A stretch of DNA of 64,000 nucleotides from an uncultured Acidimicrobiales bacterium (GCA_937930695.1 CALHCB010000029.1:36652-100651); one strand, 5' to 3'. Positions 27,767 through 37,908 are shown, counted from the stretch's first letter. Numbers and translations: made by a program. The notes: generated by a model not told the origin, from the sequence alone.

Positions 27767-28630
27767 ATGGCTCGTATCGGTGACCTGCTGACTGCCACGC
27801 GGACAGTCAGCTTCGAGTTTTTTCCACCATCCACAATCGAGGGTGCCGTTCAGCTGAACTCGACCCTGAACGAACTTGCGGCGCTTCGGCCTGATTTCCT
27901 CAGCGTGACCTATGGCGCGGGCGGGTCGAGTCGAGAACGAACGTTGGACACTGTCCTTGCCATCGCTCGTGAACGCCAGACGACTGTCATGGCGCACTTG
28001 ACCTGCATTGGGCACACCGTTGCACAAGTCGACGCCATGCTCGACATCTATGCCACCAACGGCGTTGCGAACATTCTGGCCCTCGCAGGAGATGCACCCG
28101 ATGCGGAAACGTCAGCGACGGGGCACTTCCACTACGCCAGCGATCTGGTGCGACATCTGCGTCGAGATGGACGTTTCAGCATCGGAGTAGCCGCTCATCC
28201 GGAAGGCCATCCCAGATCTCGGTGCGTGCGGACCGACCGCCGGCTGCTTGCCGCGAAGTTGCAGGATGCCGACTTCGCTCTGACCCAGTTCTTTTTCGAT
28301 CCGGCCGACTATTTCTCGATGGTGGAAGACCTCGGGAAGCTGGGCTGTACCAAACCGATCATCCCCGGTGTGATCCCGATTCTCAACGCGGGACAGGTGA
28401 AGAAGTTCGCGACGATGGCCGGTGCGACGATCCCACCGTCGATCATCAAGCGAATCGCCGCGGTGCAAGATGATCCAGTAGCCGTCCGCTCGGTCGGGAC
28501 CGAGATCGCCGGTCAACTCTGCCGAGATCTGCTTGACGGTGGCGCGCCCGGTCTGCACATCTACACCTTGAATCAGGCGGTTGCGACGCTGGCTGTTTTT
28601 GATCAGGTCGTGACTCGAGCTGCGCTCTGA
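27767..28630 (+). CDS. metF: methylenetetrahydrofolate reductase
   Basis: SFEFFPP, SVTYGAGGS, HLTC, AAHPEGHP, and C-terminal GLHIYTLN. Confidence 0.9.
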   Translation: MARIGDLLTATRTVSFEFFPPSTIEGAVQLNSTLNELAALRPDFLSVTYGAGGSSRERTLDTVLAIARERQTTVMAHLTCIGHTVAQVDAMLDIYATNGVANILALAGDAPDAETSATGHFHYASDLVRHLRRDGRFSIGVAAHPEGHPRSRCVRTDRRLLAAKLQDADFALTQFFFDPADYFSMVEDLGKLGCTKPIIPGVIPILNAGQVKKFATMAGATIPPSIIKRIAAVQDDPVAVRSVGTEIAGQLCRDLLDGGAPGLHIYTLNQAVATLAVFDQVVTRAAL

Positions 28631-28649
28631 AGCCCGCCAAAACGACAAA

Positions 28650-28679
28650 GGCTCACTCACACCGAGGTGTGAGTGAGCC
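28650..28679. terminator. perfect 13-bp hairpin between convergent genes (bidirectional terminator candidate)
   Basis: ggctcactcacac (28650-28662), loop cgag, gtgtgagtgagcc (28667-28679). The upstream aaaacgacaaa supplies a U-rich tail for the minus-strand transcript. Confidence 0.65.
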
Positions 28680-28707
28680 CTTGCTCAGAAGTTGAAACCG
28701 GGTAGGA

Positions 28708-30516
28708 CTATTGACCGGTGAAGGGGTTGATCACACCAATGGCATTCTGGGTGCCATTGACTCCAGGCCAAGGCTGACCAGCGTTGGCTTCGGCCCGATA
28801 GTTGGCCAGGAAGCCTTCGTTGGTCAGCAGCACCGTGCCGGCGCTGTTGGTAACGGTGAGTGTGCCGATGATCTGCACAGCAGCGCCGTTGGCGTAGTCG
28901 GCCGGGTTGGTGGCAACCCGAGCTTCCTGGGGCACGCCAGCTTGAGGAACGGCTGTCTTGGCGACACCGTTGATCGTGACGTTGGTCCAGGTGAGGGTCA
29001 GCGGACCGCTTGAGGAGTTGTATGGCTCATAGCAACTCCGAGACTTCATGAAGAACTTAACGAAGTCAACAGCGGGTGTGGTTCCGTCACTGATTGTCGG
29101 CGGGGTGACAAACACCTCGCAGTTCGTCACTGTGACGGTCGCAGACGATGCTCCGATGCCGTTGGTGAGGGTGTAGCCGATCGTCATCTCGTCCCAGGCG
29201 TTGCCAGGCGTTGGCTGGAACGAAATCTGGTTGCCGTTGACGATCGTTGCCGCACCGCTCTGGACACCAAGCTCGTTTTGAGGCGCCGAGGTGATGGTCA
29301 GTGCTCCACCAGCAACAACGTCGTTGCCAGTCACGTCGATGACGACGGGAGTCGCGTTGCCTTTGGCGCTCACTGCTGAATCGCCGACCGCTGCGGGTGA
29401 GCCCGCGGCGTTGATGACGATCGACACCGTTGCGGTGTCCGCACCATCAGCGTTGGTCAGCGTGTAGACCAGCGTGTCGTTGGTCGCTCCAGCTGGGGTG
29501 TATTCGATGGTGTTCCCAACCACAACAGCGGTGCCGCTGGTGGGAGCAGTTGTGATGGTGATGGCTGAGCCGCTGAGGGTGTCATTCACCGTGACCGGAA
29601 TCACGACCTTGACGCCCGGATTGGTCGTGGCTGTGTCGTCATTGGCGACGGGAGGCGTGGGGGTCGTTGGGCCGGTTGGTGTTGAACCGTTGCTCGGGCA
29701 GCCACCATTCGCGGGGAACCGTCCGACGTACTCGGGGGCCTCGCTGAAGCCAATCATCACGTCGCCACGGGTGCGGTTTCCGCTGTCGATTTCACCGGAC
29801 CAGAAGTTGAGGCCGCCCTGGTCGGGACGACGATCAAGCAGGTTCGTGTAGATGAGATTGACGAAACCGACGCCGTTGAGCGAGCCGTACAGGGTGTCGA
29901 ATTCTGGTGATCCCGCAAAGGCGTCAGAGATGTCCTTGAGCGGCATGCCGTTGGCAGCCTGTGTCTTCCAGAACTCACGGCCTCCCGCATCAGGCTGACG
30001 CAGGAAGTAGGCACAGTAAAGACGGAAGACGGCGCTGTCGTCGTAACGAGCGAGCAGAGCCGTTCGGAACTCAGCACTCTCGCTGAATCCGATCATGACG
30101 CCGCCGCGGGTGCGGTTCGAGGCGTCGAGTTCTTCGATCCAGAAGGTTTCGCTCGCGGCTCGGGCACGACCGAGGACGTTGGTGTAGATGAGATCGACGA
30201 ACTGGGTGTTGCTCAAGGTGCCGTAGGTGTTCTGGAACTCAGTGCCACTGGCGAAGAACTCAGCGATGCTCGCGAGGTTGTGGCGGCTGCTGTTCAGCTC
30301 GCCGACCCAGAACTGGCGATCTGCATCGGGAGGCGTGCGAAGGAAGAACGCCTCGTAAAGGCGCGTGATCTGCGCGCTGGGGGAGTCGTCGGTGAGTGCT
30401 GCAGTCGTGCCGTCTTGGGTTGACGCGCCAGCTGGTGACACAGGCACGGTCGATAGTCCGAGTCCGATCAGCAACGTGAACACAGCAAATGTTCGGAAGA
30501 GTCGTTGGGGATTCAT
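28708..30516 (-). CDS. secreted protein: 2x DUF4214-like + 2x Ig/cadherin-like repeats + C-terminal domain
   Basis: Signal peptide MNPQRLFRTFAVFTLLIGLGLSTVPVSPAGAS from ATG 30516. DUF4214-like units (FVDLIYTNVLGR..FWIEEL..GFSESAEF and FVNLIYTNLLDR..FWSGEI..GFSEAPEY). Two repeats of the type A(N/G)DD/S..V.I.V..ND....ITIT..P..G.A. Confidence 0.75.
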   Translation of the reverse strand: MNPQRLFRTFAVFTLLIGLGLSTVPVSPAGASTQDGTTAALTDDSPSAQITRLYEAFFLRTPPDADRQFWVGELNSSRHNLASIAEFFASGTEFQNTYGTLSNTQFVDLIYTNVLGRARAASETFWIEELDASNRTRGGVMIGFSESAEFRTALLARYDDSAVFRLYCAYFLRQPDAGGREFWKTQAANGMPLKDISDAFAGSPEFDTLYGSLNGVGFVNLIYTNLLDRRPDQGGLNFWSGEIDSGNRTRGDVMIGFSEAPEYVGRFPANGGCPSNGSTPTGPTTPTPPVANDDTATTNPGVKVVIPVTVNDTLSGSAITITTAPTSGTAVVVGNTIEYTPAGATNDTLVYTLTNADGADTATVSIVINAAGSPAAVGDSAVSAKGNATPVVIDVTGNDVVAGGALTITSAPQNELGVQSGAATIVNGNQISFQPTPGNAWDEMTIGYTLTNGIGASSATVTVTNCEVFVTPPTISDGTTPAVDFVKFFMKSRSCYEPYNSSSGPLTLTWTNVTINGVAKTAVPQAGVPQEARVATNPADYANGAAVQIIGTLTVTNSAGTVLLTNEGFLANYRAEANAGQPWPGVNGTQNAIGVINPFTGQ

Positions 30517-30698
30517 GGCCGCGATCGTAGGTGCTCGCAGGCGCCAGGTGAGGGAACCGCGCACATCCGTCGCTTGCGTGTCCGCTCAACGCTCGAAACT
30601 TGCTTTCGGCTTTGCATCGACGTCGGTAGCGTGGCCCCGCGGACAAACCGGAGGGGGACCCGGCGAACCGACAACATTGAGCGACAGGGAGGGTGGAG

Positions 30699-32462
30699 AT
30701 GGCAACTGATCGCGCAGCGGAATCGTCGATTCTCCGCCGTGGATTGTCGTTGGTTCGCCGCCAAGTACGACTCCACCCTGGTCCGTTCGCCGTCTCGGTG
30801 GTCGGAGCGGCCACGTTCGCTCTCTTCACGGTCGGCGCCACCGTTGTATTGGGGCGTGTGATCGACGACCTCGTCACGCCGTCGTTCGACACGGACTCCG
30901 TCGACACCAGGGCGCTACGGAACATGGTGTTGATCGTCTTGGCGGTGACATCACTGAAGGTCGTTGGGGTCGTCTTGCGGCGGTACTTCGCCGGGATGAC
31001 AAGTGAACGGGTTCAGCGTTCGAATCGTCTCCATCTCGCCGATCAGTACCTCGACCTGCCGATGGAATGGCATCACGACCACCCAACCGGGGAATTGCTG
31101 GCGCATGCCGACAACGACACCGAGGTGTCCGCTGAGGTCTTGCATCCTCTGCCGTTCTCGCTCGGTGTTGCCTTTCTCGCGTTGTTTGCCGGTGCGAGCC
31201 TGCTGCTTGTCGATCCCGTTCTCGCTCTTGTTGCCTTCACGATCTTTCCGGCGTTGATCGTTTTGAACAACTACTACAGCAACCGAGTGAAGGATCCGGC
31301 GGCGCGGGTGCAGCACAGTGTTGGTCGCGTGTCGTCGATCGCTCACGAGAGTTTCGATGGCGCTCTCGTCGTCAAGACTCTGGGCCGGGAAAAGGATGAG
31401 GTCGAACGATTCTCTGATGCAGTTGATGAATTGCGGGTGAATCGGGTCGAGGTGGGCTTCACCCGGGCGATGTTCGAACCCATTCTCGACACGTTGCCGA
31501 ATGTTGGCATCGTGGTGGTGCTCGTTCTCGGTATCTATCGCGTCGACGCAGGGGCCATCCGCCCGGGGGAACTCGTGCAGATCGCCGCGCTCTTCAGCGT
31601 CTTGGCATTCCCGATGCGCGTCCTCGGGTTCTTCCTCGAAATGATGCCACCGTCGGTTGTCGCCCAGGCTCGTCTCGACGCTGTGTTTGCTGCCGAGGTC
31701 GAGCCTCAACCTGGGCTCGGGACGACCTTGTCTCCCGGGCCGCTTGAGATCGAGGCGGTCGGTGTTGGTCTGGCGTATGACTCCTTGACCGTGCTCGACA
31801 ACGTCTCCATCAGTGTCAAGCCAGGCGAGATCCTGGCGATCGTCGGTTCAACTGCCTCTGGGAAGTCGACGCTCGTTCATGCCCTCGCTGGATTACTCAA
31901 GCCGGATACAGGCTTGGTTCTCGTCAACGGAACCGACATCGAAGACCTTGATGCGGAGATTCGCACAAAGGCAATCTCGCTCGTCTTTCAGGAGTCGTTT
32001 CTCTTCGCCGATTCTCTGCGCAACAACATCGATCTCGATGGGACTGCGTCCGATGCAGAGGTCGCCGAGGCTGCAATGACTGCGAATGTCCACGACTACA
32101 TCGCGAGCCTCGATCAGGGGTACGGCACAGTGGTTGGCGAACGAGGCGTCACGTTGTCCGGTGGTCAACGTCAACGAGTCGCGCTCGCCCGAGCTCTTCT
32201 GAGGTCGCCACAAGTGCTCCTCCTTGACGACGCGACAAGTGCTGTCGATGCCGCGGTCGAACAGCAAATCTTGGCAGGGTTGCGGGCGACGCTTTCGATG
32301 ACGACCATCATCGTGGCGCAGCGCCTCTCGACCATCGAGTTGGCCGATCGGGTGCTCTACATCGCTGATCATGAAGTGGCGGGCATTGGAACTCACGCCG
32401 AGCTCTTGGCACTTCCGGGGTATCTCTCGCTGGTCACGGCGTATGAAGAGGCAGCGACGTGA
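30699..32462 (+). CDS. ABC exporter permease/ATPase subunit (degenerate-site partner)
   Basis: Six-TM region followed by an NBD: Walker A GSTASGKST, signature LSGGQRQR, Walker B LLLDDATS (Asp instead of the catalytic Glu). ATG 30699 follows agggagggtgg. Confidence 0.9.
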   Translation: MATDRAAESSILRRGLSLVRRQVRLHPGPFAVSVVGAATFALFTVGATVVLGRVIDDLVTPSFDTDSVDTRALRNMVLIVLAVTSLKVVGVVLRRYFAGMTSERVQRSNRLHLADQYLDLPMEWHHDHPTGELLAHADNDTEVSAEVLHPLPFSLGVAFLALFAGASLLLVDPVLALVAFTIFPALIVLNNYYSNRVKDPAARVQHSVGRVSSIAHESFDGALVVKTLGREKDEVERFSDAVDELRVNRVEVGFTRAMFEPILDTLPNVGIVVVLVLGIYRVDAGAIRPGELVQIAALFSVLAFPMRVLGFFLEMMPPSVVAQARLDAVFAAEVEPQPGLGTTLSPGPLEIEAVGVGLAYDSLTVLDNVSISVKPGEILAIVGSTASGKSTLVHALAGLLKPDTGLVLVNGTDIEDLDAEIRTKAISLVFQESFLFADSLRNNIDLDGTASDAEVAEAAMTANVHDYIASLDQGYGTVVGERGVTLSGGQRQRVALARALLRSPQVLLLDDATSAVDAAVEQQILAGLRATLSMTTIIVAQRLSTIELADRVLYIADHEVAGIGTHAELLALPGYLSLVTAYEEAAT

Positions 32463-34282
32463 CCATGGCAACAGACCCGCACTCCACGGAAACACCGGAC
32501 CTGGCTGAGGAAACCCAGTCTGAGGCAGCCCTGTCGGTACTGCGACGCGGCATCGAGAGAAGTCCAGAATTGCGGCGGGGCCTTGGCGCCACCGTTCTCA
32601 TGGGACTCATGGTTGCAGCCGGTCGTCTGATTATTCCGATTCTGATCGAGCGAACGCTCAATCGGATCAGCGTTGACGGCGACCAGGTGACCGTCGACAT
32701 TCCTGATGTGTGGCGATCAGCCGCCTTGGCATCGGTTGTCATTCTTGTCTCGGCGGTGGGTTCCTGGGTTGCCCAGCGCCGGTTGGTGTTCCGGGCCGAA
32801 GCGGCGATCGCAAACTTGCGTGTTGATGCGTTCACCAAGGTGCATCAGCTCTCCGTCGCTGACCACAACGAGACGCGGCGTGGTGTGTTGGTGGCCAGGG
32901 TGACGTCGGATGCTGACGCACTGGCTCGCTTCGCCCAATGGGGGTTGTTCGCGTGGGCGATCAACCCGACGCTGATTCTCGGGACGATCATGGTCCTTGG
33001 CTTTTACTCGTGGCAGCTTGCCATCATCGTGGTCCTCGCCTACTGCCCGGTGATTCCGGTTTTGCGGTTTCTCCAGAAGCGTCAACTCGCGGCATACGAC
33101 GAACTCAGGACCCGGGTCTCCGACATGCTGACCGGTTTCAGCGAGGCGGTGATGGGCGCAGCCGTGGTGCGGGCCTATGGCGTCGAGCGTCGAACTCGCA
33201 ATCGATTGTTGGGAGCGATAACCGCTCGTTACCAGGCCCGTTTGCGAGCGAATCGCTACATGGCAGGTGTCTTCGTTGTCGGGGACATCTTTGGTGCTGT
33301 GGCCTTCTCCGCCGTGCTCGTGGTTGGTCTTCGCTATCGAGGAGAGCTCGGGCTCAATGCCGGTGAGCTCACGGCGTGTCTGTTCCTGACCTCGCTGATC
33401 AATGGACCGGTCGGTGAGATCGGTGAAACCCTCGACCAGACACAAACTGCCATTGCGGGGTGGCGCAAGGTCTTGGATCTCCTTGATCGAGAAAGCGAAC
33501 TGATCGAGGCCGATCCGGGTCGAGACGTGCCAGGCGGAGCCGTCGCTATCGAGGCGAGCCACGTCCAGTTCGCGTATCGGGAGGGGCCACCTGTGCTCCT
33601 CGATGTCAGCATCGCGATCCCAGCGGGAGCCAATATCGCCGTCGTTGGGGAGACCGGCTCGGGAAAGACGACCTTTGCGAAGCTCCTCTGCCGATTGGCC
33701 GATCCGTTGTCTGGCGAGATTCGACTCAACGGGGTCGAGCTGCGCGACATGTCGGCTGATGCTCGCCACGAGACCGTGCGGATGGTTCCACAGGATGGCT
33801 TCTTGTTCGAGGCATCGGTGGGCGAGAACATTCGTTTCGGTCGACCAGAAGCCACCGACGCCGACATCCAAGATGCGGTGAATGAGCTGGCGCTTCAGCC
33901 CTGGCTGGCTCGATTGCCCCGTGGTCTCGACACCCAGGTCGGGGAACGAGGAGGTGCGCTGTCGGTCGGCGAACGCCAGCTTGTTGCCTTGATCCGAGCC
34001 GCGCTGGCCAACCCGGGTTTGCTGATTCTTGATGAGGCAACTTCATCGGTCGATCCCGAAACTGATCAGGCGCTGACTACGGCGATCCGCCGTCTTTCTG
34101 AGGGTCGGACCGTGGTCAGTATCGCTCATCGCTTGGCGACGGCAGAAGCGGCCGACGCGATTGTCGTCTTCGATGCGGGACAGATCGTGCAGTACGGCTC
34201 GCACGCAGAGTTGGTTGCCATCGACGGGATCTACAGCGATCTTCATCGAGCGTGGGAAGGCAATACACGCCGAGCCGCCTGA
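32459..34282 (+). CDS. ABC exporter permease/ATPase subunit (consensus-site partner)
   Basis: GTGA overlap with the upstream stop. Walker A GETGSGKTT, non-canonical signature LSVGERQ, Walker B LILDEATS. Confidence 0.9.
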   Translation: MTMATDPHSTETPDLAEETQSEAALSVLRRGIERSPELRRGLGATVLMGLMVAAGRLIIPILIERTLNRISVDGDQVTVDIPDVWRSAALASVVILVSAVGSWVAQRRLVFRAEAAIANLRVDAFTKVHQLSVADHNETRRGVLVARVTSDADALARFAQWGLFAWAINPTLILGTIMVLGFYSWQLAIIVVLAYCPVIPVLRFLQKRQLAAYDELRTRVSDMLTGFSEAVMGAAVVRAYGVERRTRNRLLGAITARYQARLRANRYMAGVFVVGDIFGAVAFSAVLVVGLRYRGELGLNAGELTACLFLTSLINGPVGEIGETLDQTQTAIAGWRKVLDLLDRESELIEADPGRDVPGGAVAIEASHVQFAYREGPPVLLDVSIAIPAGANIAVVGETGSGKTTFAKLLCRLADPLSGEIRLNGVELRDMSADARHETVRMVPQDGFLFEASVGENIRFGRPEATDADIQDAVNELALQPWLARLPRGLDTQVGERGGALSVGERQLVALIRAALANPGLLILDEATSSVDPETDQALTTAIRRLSEGRTVVSIAHRLATAEAADAIVVFDAGQIVQYGSHAELVAIDGIYSDLHRAWEGNTRRAA

Positions 34283-34358
34283 CTTGCTGGGTGAGTGCAC
34301 ACTCTGGTTACGCACCTGTTGTAGGTTCCCCTCACCGAAAGTAAGTGGAGGGAACATC

Positions 34359-34625
34359 ATGTCCAAAGCAATCCGAATGGCTATGGCCGCTGCGCTGCTG
34401 TCCTTGACGGCAACTGCGTGCGGAGGCGGCTATGACCGCGCCGACACAATCGACGAACTCGTTGACGAAGGTGGCGGCGCTATTGACCGCGATCAGGCCA
34501 CATGTATCGTCGACAAACTCGAAGCTGACATCGGCGAAGATCGTCTTGGTTCGAACGATGACCCGACTGCTGAAGAAGAGCAGATCATCATCGACGCAAC
34601 CTTCGAGTGCGTGCTCGGCGAGTAG
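34359..34625 (+). CDS. small acidic lipoprotein
   Basis: ATG 34359 follows gtggaggga. Signal peptide with lipobox MAMAAALLSLTATAC. 88 aa. Confidence 0.6.
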   Translation: MSKAIRMAMAAALLSLTATACGGGYDRADTIDELVDEGGGAIDRDQATCIVDKLEADIGEDRLGSNDDPTAEEEQIIIDATFECVLGE

Positions 34626-34653
34626 CCGCTGCTCATCAATCGGGGATGATCGG

Positions 34654-35292
34654 CTAGGGAGAAGAGTGCAGCAACTTGCGCTCGAGCCCATCGATGATCA
34701 GCTTCATGCCGAGTTCGAATTCGGCATCCCGGTCAACATGGCTTGCCGCTCTGGCGGAGAGCGGAAGTTCTGAACGTGGAAGCGTTCGTCTGAACGAATC
34801 GACCTCGGTGGCCGCATGGCCGCCGAGGTCGCTGTGTCTTGAGCCGATCTCGGTGAGTGCGTGGCCCGTCACGAAGCTCACGATTACCAGCAGCGTTCGA
34901 TTCGCTTCTTCTGGGCTGAACCCCACCGCAGTGAGCTCAGCCAGCGCTCGTTCGGCCACGGCCATCGAGGAAATGCTGACGATCGGGCGAGTCGCCATCA
35001 GGGTTGCCGCTCGTGGATGGCGCAGAAGAGCCTGGCGGAACGAGCGTGAGTACGTCCGGAGCCGCTCGGGCCACGGCACATCGAGCGGCCGGAGATCAAC
35101 CTCGCTGTAGATCCGGTCGCACGCCAAGTCCAAAAGACCGTCGGCATCAGAAGCTACACAGCGAACAACGTCGGTAGAACAACCGAGCTCGCTTGCAACT
35201 GCGGTCAGGGAAACCGCTCCGACACCCGCGGCGTCAAGCAACCGGAGCGCGGCCTCAGCGACACGTTCTGGGTTGATCGAGCCTTCGTTCAT
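34654..35292 (-). CDS. TetR family transcriptional regulator
   Basis: N-terminal HTH VAEAALRLLDAAGVGAVSLTAVASELGCSTDVVRCV. ATG 35292. Confidence 0.8.
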   Translation of the reverse strand: MNEGSINPERVAEAALRLLDAAGVGAVSLTAVASELGCSTDVVRCVASDADGLLDLACDRIYSEVDLRPLDVPWPERLRTYSRSFRQALLRHPRAATLMATRPIVSISSMAVAERALAELTAVGFSPEEANRTLLVIVSFVTGHALTEIGSRHSDLGGHAATEVDSFRRTLPRSELPLSARAASHVDRDAEFELGMKLIIDGLERKLLHSSP

Positions 35293-35471
35293 CGGTCCCT
35301 CTGCAACACTTGGCGGCGAGTTGCACCGCATCCGGTTTCACCCAGCTCCATGGTGGCGTAACTTCAGCCCGTTGTCGATGGGTCGCATCGGGCTCGGGTT
35401 CATTGCGGGGCCCGCGACTGGCTACGCTGCTCGCGTTGTAGCGATTGCCCGCTTTAGGAGCTGATGTAGAC

Positions 35472-36461
35472 GTGAGTAAGACCCCTGTACGTGTGACCGT
35501 GACCGGTGCCGCTGGCCAAATCGGATACAGCCTGCTGTTCCGTATCGCCTCAGGCGAGATGCTCGGCGCAGATCAGCCGGTGATTCTTCAGATGCTCGAG
35601 ATCACACCCGCGCTCGGCGCCCTTGAGGGCGTCGCCATGGAGCTCGACGACTGTGCGTTCCCGCTTCTTGCCGGCACGGTGCAGACCGACGATGCGAATG
35701 TTGCGTTCGGTGATGCTGACTACGCACTGCTCGTCGGTGCGATGCCTCGGAAGGCAGGGATGGAGCGAGCAGATCTGCTCTCGGCCAACGGAGGAATTTT
35801 CGGCCCGCAGGGTAAGGCGATCAACGAGAGCGCAAGCCGGGGGATCAAGGCGCTTGTCGTCGGAAATCCGGCAAACACCAACGCCCTGATCACCCTTTCC
35901 AACGCTCCCGACATTGATCCTCGCCAGATCCAGGCCATGACTCGTCTCGATCACAACCGAGCGATGAGCCAGTTGGCAGCCAAGACCGGTACGACGGTCA
36001 ACGACATCAAGAAGATGACGATCTGGGGCAACCACTCCTCAACGCAGTACCCCGACCTCTTCAACTGTGAGGTCAACGGCCAGAATGCCGCCGCCATGAT
36101 CGATGACCAGGCATGGCTTGAGAACGAGTTCATCCCGACAGTCGCCAAGCGCGGCGCCGCAATCATTGATGCTCGCGGAGCATCGTCAGCGGCATCGGCG
36201 GCCAACGCCGCGATCGATCACATGCGGGACTGGGCGCTCGGAACCGACGATGGCGACTGGGTTTCCATGTCGATGATTTCCGACGGTTCCTACGGCGCGC
36301 CGGAGGGCATCGTGACGTCCGTCCCGATGACCTGTAGTGGTGGCGAGTGCACCATCGTGCAAGGCGTGGAGATCAATGACTTCTCCCAAGCCCGGATGCA
36401 GGCCACTTGGGATGAGCTCGCCGAAGAGCGGGCCACCGTTGACGGACTCGGGTTGCTCTAG
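35472..36461 (+). CDS. mdh: malate dehydrogenase
   Basis: [45 protein letters not shown] 35472 lies 11 nt after aggag. Confidence 0.95.
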   Translation: MSKTPVRVTVTGAAGQIGYSLLFRIASGEMLGADQPVILQMLEITPALGALEGVAMELDDCAFPLLAGTVQTDDANVAFGDADYALLVGAMPRKAGMERADLLSANGGIFGPQGKAINESASRGIKALVVGNPANTNALITLSNAPDIDPRQIQAMTRLDHNRAMSQLAAKTGTTVNDIKKMTIWGNHSSTQYPDLFNCEVNGQNAAAMIDDQAWLENEFIPTVAKRGAAIIDARGASSAASAANAAIDHMRDWALGTDDGDWVSMSMISDGSYGAPEGIVTSVPMTCSGGECTIVQGVEINDFSQARMQATWDELAEERATVDGLGLL

Positions 36462-36492
36462 CCAACTGGGTTCGTTCAAGATCTAGCGATGC

Positions 36493-36530
36493 AACGCGGG
36501 TGTCCGATGACACCCGCGTTGTGTCGTTTT
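36493..36530 (+). terminator. rho-independent terminator downstream of mdh
   Basis: aacgcgggtgtc (36493-36504), loop cgat, gacacccgcgtt (36509-36520), then gtgtcgtttt. Confidence 0.8.
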
Positions 36531-36579
36531 GCTGACACTCGCGGCGGCCCGCTCGATTTAGGTTGTCTCTCCGCACACA

Positions 36580-37020
36580 TTGGGGGGCCACTTGAGTTTG
36601 ACGACCGACATCGATGCCATTGACAGTTTTTTCGAGGGCGATCGAGATGCGTTGTCCTCGTGGACCGACAATCTGCACGGATCTGAGTTCGATCCCGACG
36701 ATGTCTTCGCCGATCCTCGTCCTGTTGCGGCGGTCGGCGAGCCGCTCATGGTGCAGGAATCAGCCGATTTTGGTGGCGGGGCCGAACGTGCCGTCTCGTC
36801 CGACCACATCGCGGAGTTTGTGCGCCACGACGAGAGGGCGGCTGACCACGAGGATCTGTGGGACTTGACCTTCGACGATGAAAAGGAAGTCGATGTGCAC
36901 CCCGGCCTTTCGTTGAGTCACGATCCGATCGACGACTTCCAGGTTGAAGTTCCCGATGCTGGTGCGGTGCTCCACGACCTCGAATCCGGCCCCGGTTTCG
37001 AGGACTCTTGGGAGGCATGA
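36580..37020 (+). CDS. hypothetical highly acidic protein
   Basis: 146 aa with a TTG start, so the start is uncertain. D/E-rich. Third-position GC bias is consistent with coding. Confidence 0.4.
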   Translation: MGGHLSLTTDIDAIDSFFEGDRDALSSWTDNLHGSEFDPDDVFADPRPVAAVGEPLMVQESADFGGGAERAVSSDHIAEFVRHDERAADHEDLWDLTFDDEKEVDVHPGLSLSHDPIDDFQVEVPDAGAVLHDLESGPGFEDSWEA

Positions 37021-37112
37021 CAGACGTCACCTGAGCAGTGTCGGCCGCGAAACGGAGCGCCCGGCTCGTCGTTTCTAGGTTTGCCTCATCAACCAACGAT
37101 GAGGAGAACGCA

Positions 37113-37841
37113 ATGCCGAGCAACCGTGAAGTGAGCTACCGAGACGTCGACGGTGACGGAACGATCGATCGGGTCATCACCAGAGATCGCGACGGCGACG
37201 GAACCGTCGATGTCACCCGCACTGACTACGACAACGATGGCACCATCGATGATGTCGTACGCACGCCCCGAGACGGGCGCTCGGACAATGAGTCTCAGGA
37301 TGACGAGAGCACACTCGAAGACTTGCTCAACAAGTGGCTCAACGCCGAGGAGTTCGATCCCGAATCCTTGGACGGACCGCTGCGGGTGGGCGATGAGATC
37401 CGTGTTGTGTCCCCAGATGATGAAGGTGTTGTGGAACTCGATGAGTCCGCCGTTGCCACATCGAGCGACCTTCTGGGTCCTTGGGACCTCCCTGGGAAGA
37501 TTGATCTCGATCTAGACGGGGACACCATGCTCCACGATTCCTCAGAGGAGGCTGAGGAGCGTGCTGAAGCGGAGGCTGAGGCTCGCGAGGAGGCTGAAGA
37601 GGAAGAAGAGATTGATCCTGAATTCGGCGTGGGAGCGTATGCCTCTGACGATGCGGAAGATGCGGCTTGGATCGTCGTGGCCGACGAGAGCGAAGCTCCT
37701 GACGACTCCCTGGTGCATCCGCTAGAGAACGACGAGCTGTCGAAGTTCGACGAAGCAGCCGTCGCCCTCGAGATGGGTGCCGCTGATGAGTCCGATGTCT
37801 TCGAATCGCTCGACGCTGATCTCGAACTACTCGGCGAGTGA
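37113..37841 (+). CDS. acidic protein with three DxDGDGTxD (EF-hand-like Ca-binding loop) repeats
   Basis: ATG 37113 follows gaggag. DVDGDGTID / DRDGDGTVD / DYDNDGTID at nt 37143-37256. Later an E/A-rich tract EEAEERAEAEAEAREEAEEEEE. Confidence 0.55.
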   Translation: MPSNREVSYRDVDGDGTIDRVITRDRDGDGTVDVTRTDYDNDGTIDDVVRTPRDGRSDNESQDDESTLEDLLNKWLNAEEFDPESLDGPLRVGDEIRVVSPDDEGVVELDESAVATSSDLLGPWDLPGKIDLDLDGDTMLHDSSEEAEERAEAEAEAREEAEEEEEIDPEFGVGAYASDDAEDAAWIVVADESEAPDDSLVHPLENDELSKFDEAAVALEMGAADESDVFESLDADLELLGE

Positions 37842-37908
37842 AGCACCCCCAGTCAGTCGGTGCGGGTTCCGCGGTGCGGGACCCGCTCCGATCAGTTCGG
37901 CAGCTCGA

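Noticed and set aside
26776-27783. An alternative 335-aa plus-frame ORF overlapping the P450-like gene and the metF start
   Set aside because: The other frame contains the FGAGPHQCPG heme loop. This frame has an Arg/Ser/Trp-rich composition and would overlap metF.
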